Assembly: GCA_963696385.1 (NCBI GenBank)
Contig: CAVOKF010000007.1
Span: 608,001-672,000, forward strand
From: an uncultured delta proteobacterium
Lineage (GTDB): Bacteria > Myxococcota_A > Polyangia > Polyangiales > Polyangiaceae
Direction of reading: 5' to 3'
DNA: 64,000 bases
Shown here: positions 62,481 to 64,000 of the stretch, in pieces
Numbering within the stretch: the first letter of the stretch is position 1
Layout: every line of letters begins with the position of its first letter
Notes under the pieces: model-generated
The model's database searches: none
What the model saw: only the letters and a program-made list of their open reading frames with translations
What the model was told of the DNA's origin: nothing
Program-made: the position numbers and the translations under genes

Positions 62481-63032
62481 ATGCAAGTACGAATGAGAGT
62501 ACGACGCCCATTGGGTATTTGCGTTGCCGCGGTCATCGGGACCGCATTCGGCTTCGGATGCTCCCAGAGCAACGATGCGTTTCAACCGATCACCGCCGGT
62601 GCCAAACCCTGGACCCCCCCTGCCGGTTTCGATCCCCAGATGGGGCAAAGCACCCCGGGGCCGTACCTTTGTGTCTTGGGCAATTACATCGCCACGCTGA
62701 GCTGTCCGGAGTGCTCCTGCGGTCCCAACGTGTCGCCGTGCCTTTCGTACGCTCTTTGTACCGGCAGCAGTTACGACCAGTGCGTCTGCGGCGGCCCGTA
62801 CACGCCCGGCGCAACGTGCCCGCAGCAGTTTGTGTGCGCGACCGACGATTTTCCGCCGCAGAACTGGATTGAGAATACGGATTACGTGGGCCCGGCCTGG
62901 GCCGGCTACGGCGGTACGACAGGAACTGGGACTGGGACTGGAACTGGAACTGGAACTGGGACTGGAACTGGGACTGGAACTGGGACTGGAACCGGGGCGG
63001 CTACGGATTCGGGCATGGGCGATGCCGGCTGA
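62481..63032 (+). CDS. Cys-rich lipoprotein with C-terminal (TG)n repeat
   Basis: Lipobox FGC; CPECSC..C; ACTGGR hexamer run near 62925-62995. Confidence 0.65.
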   Translation: MQVRMRVRRPLGICVAAVIGTAFGFGCSQSNDAFQPITAGAKPWTPPAGFDPQMGQSTPGPYLCVLGNYIATLSCPECSCGPNVSPCLSYALCTGSSYDQCVCGGPYTPGATCPQQFVCATDDFPPQNWIENTDYVGPAWAGYGGTTGTGTGTGTGTGTGTGTGTGTGTGTGAATDSGMGDAG

Positions 63033-63110
63033 CCTCACGACGGAGGTCGTTCGAAAGGGCGAGCGCCGGAGCTTGTCTCTCACTACAAACATGGGCAAGT
63101 GGAGGAATCG

Positions 63111-63578
63111 ATGAGACACGCTGTTCTAGGAGCCGCCTTCGTGCTCTCCGTCTGCATGGCGATGCTCAGCTTCGGATGCAGCTCGCCTCCGCCGGCTGCC
63201 AATTCGTTCACGGAGGTTTATACCCAAATCATTCAACCGACTTGCAGCAGCGACTACTGCCACTACAACGGCATCGGTTTACGTCTCGGCGCCCTCGACA
63301 TGAGCTCGCAGGTGATCGCGTACTGGAGTCTCGTCGGCCAACCGTGCGGCGGGCCCAGCTGCGCCGGGATGGGAGTTCGTGTCGTGCCCTACTCGCCGGA
63401 AACCAGCATTATGTATCAGAAGGTCTCGGAGACGGCGCCGTCGTGCGGAGCCCAAATGCCGGCGAACCCGTACGAGCTGACACTCAAAGGAAGCGCGATG
63501 TTTTCGGGAACGCCGCTGACCGCAGCGCAGCAGCTGCTCATTTACAATTGGATCAAGGAAGGCGCACAGAACAACTAA
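63111..63578 (+). CDS. Lipoprotein with CX4CH motif, cytochrome-c-like fold
   Basis: Lipobox FGC; FTEVY..II..CSSDYCH, VVPYSPETS, QMP, IYNWIKEGA. Confidence 0.65.
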   Translation: MRHAVLGAAFVLSVCMAMLSFGCSSPPPAANSFTEVYTQIIQPTCSSDYCHYNGIGLRLGALDMSSQVIAYWSLVGQPCGGPSCAGMGVRVVPYSPETSIMYQKVSETAPSCGAQMPANPYELTLKGSAMFSGTPLTAAQQLLIYNWIKEGAQNN

Positions 63579-63637
63579 GAGGCCTCGGAGGCCCAGGCGA
63601 CTCCGTCGCGACGGGTCACTATCGACACAGACGCGCG

Positions 63638-64000
63638 CTACTTCGGTGCCGTCTCGCGCAGCGGCGTGAGGTCGTCGCCCCGAATCTCGAGCGCTTGGAT
63701 CGGCCCGCCGAAGTAGCGAGAAAGTCCCACGTCGATGCGCCATACCTTGCCGTCGCACGCGCTATTCACACCGCGTCGCTGCACGGTATGCCCCACGACC
63801 ATGCGTTTCGCCCCGAGCTCGGCGAGAGCGGTTCCGAGGTCGGCGCAATCCGGCGGCGCATCTTCGCTCGAATACGCGCGCGTCCACACGGGGCCATCTT
63901 CCGCGACCAAAATGGCCGGCACGTCACGACGCTTTCCGGCGAGCCACGCGTCGAGCTCGTCGTTCATGCGGTCGAGCCCGTACGCCACGTGTTTGGGCAG
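63638..64000 (-). CDS. Calcineurin-like metallophosphoesterase (Shewanella-like phosphatase), 5'-partial
   Basis: GPVWTR, MVVGHTVQ, RIDVGLS; frame open to the window edge. Confidence 0.8.
   Translation of the reverse strand: MPKHVAYGLDRMNDELDAWLAGKRRDVPAILVAEDGPVWTRAYSSEDAPPDCADLGTALAELGAKRMVVGHTVQRRGVNSACDGKVWRIDVGLSRYFGGPIQALEIRGDDLTPLRETAPK

Overview
High-GC bacterial chromosomal segment. I infer a myxobacterium (Myxococcota, probably Polyangiales) from MYXO-CTERM tails, many Cys-rich and Thr/Gly-linker lipoproteins, a fused ccoNO and a stand-alone spd-type EF-G1. I found no rRNA, tRNA, CRISPR array or mobile element. Main blocks: (i) 1-6.5 kb: lipoprotein, NfeD-like/SPFH pair, DoxX, GcvR-like ACT protein and an orphan Anbu protease. 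(ii) About 6.7-25.4 kb: a low-oxygen/dormancy-type island. It holds Hsp20, a phosphate acyltransferase, two CBS proteins, a USP, an Rv2004c-like kinase, REC and hybrid-HK proteins, a cbb3 oxidase operon (ccoI-S-NO-Q-P-G plus a DsbD_2-type gene) and several unknown genes. Eight of its transcription units carry a sigma-54 -24/-12 motif, and five of these sit exactly 12-13 nt before a start codon with no clear SD. This is the most interesting signal in the window. (iii) 25.5-54.7 kb: oxidoreductases, a KimA-like transporter, surface or secreted proteins (GH39-MYXO-CTERM, vWA-like lipoprotein, a 212-aa-repeat beta-helix lipoprotein, FGE-sulfatase), MFS, a methyltransferase, Gpx and fusA. (iv) 55-63.6 kb: a glucuronide-utilisation-like locus with tandemly duplicated GH79 lipoproteins, ExuT and a porin plus two lipoproteins, sharing a GntR/FadR-like operator. 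(CCCCGA)n arrays recur in intergenic spaces. Four genes show single-base frameshifts that are probably assembly errors. All family calls come from motif recognition by eye; no searches were run.
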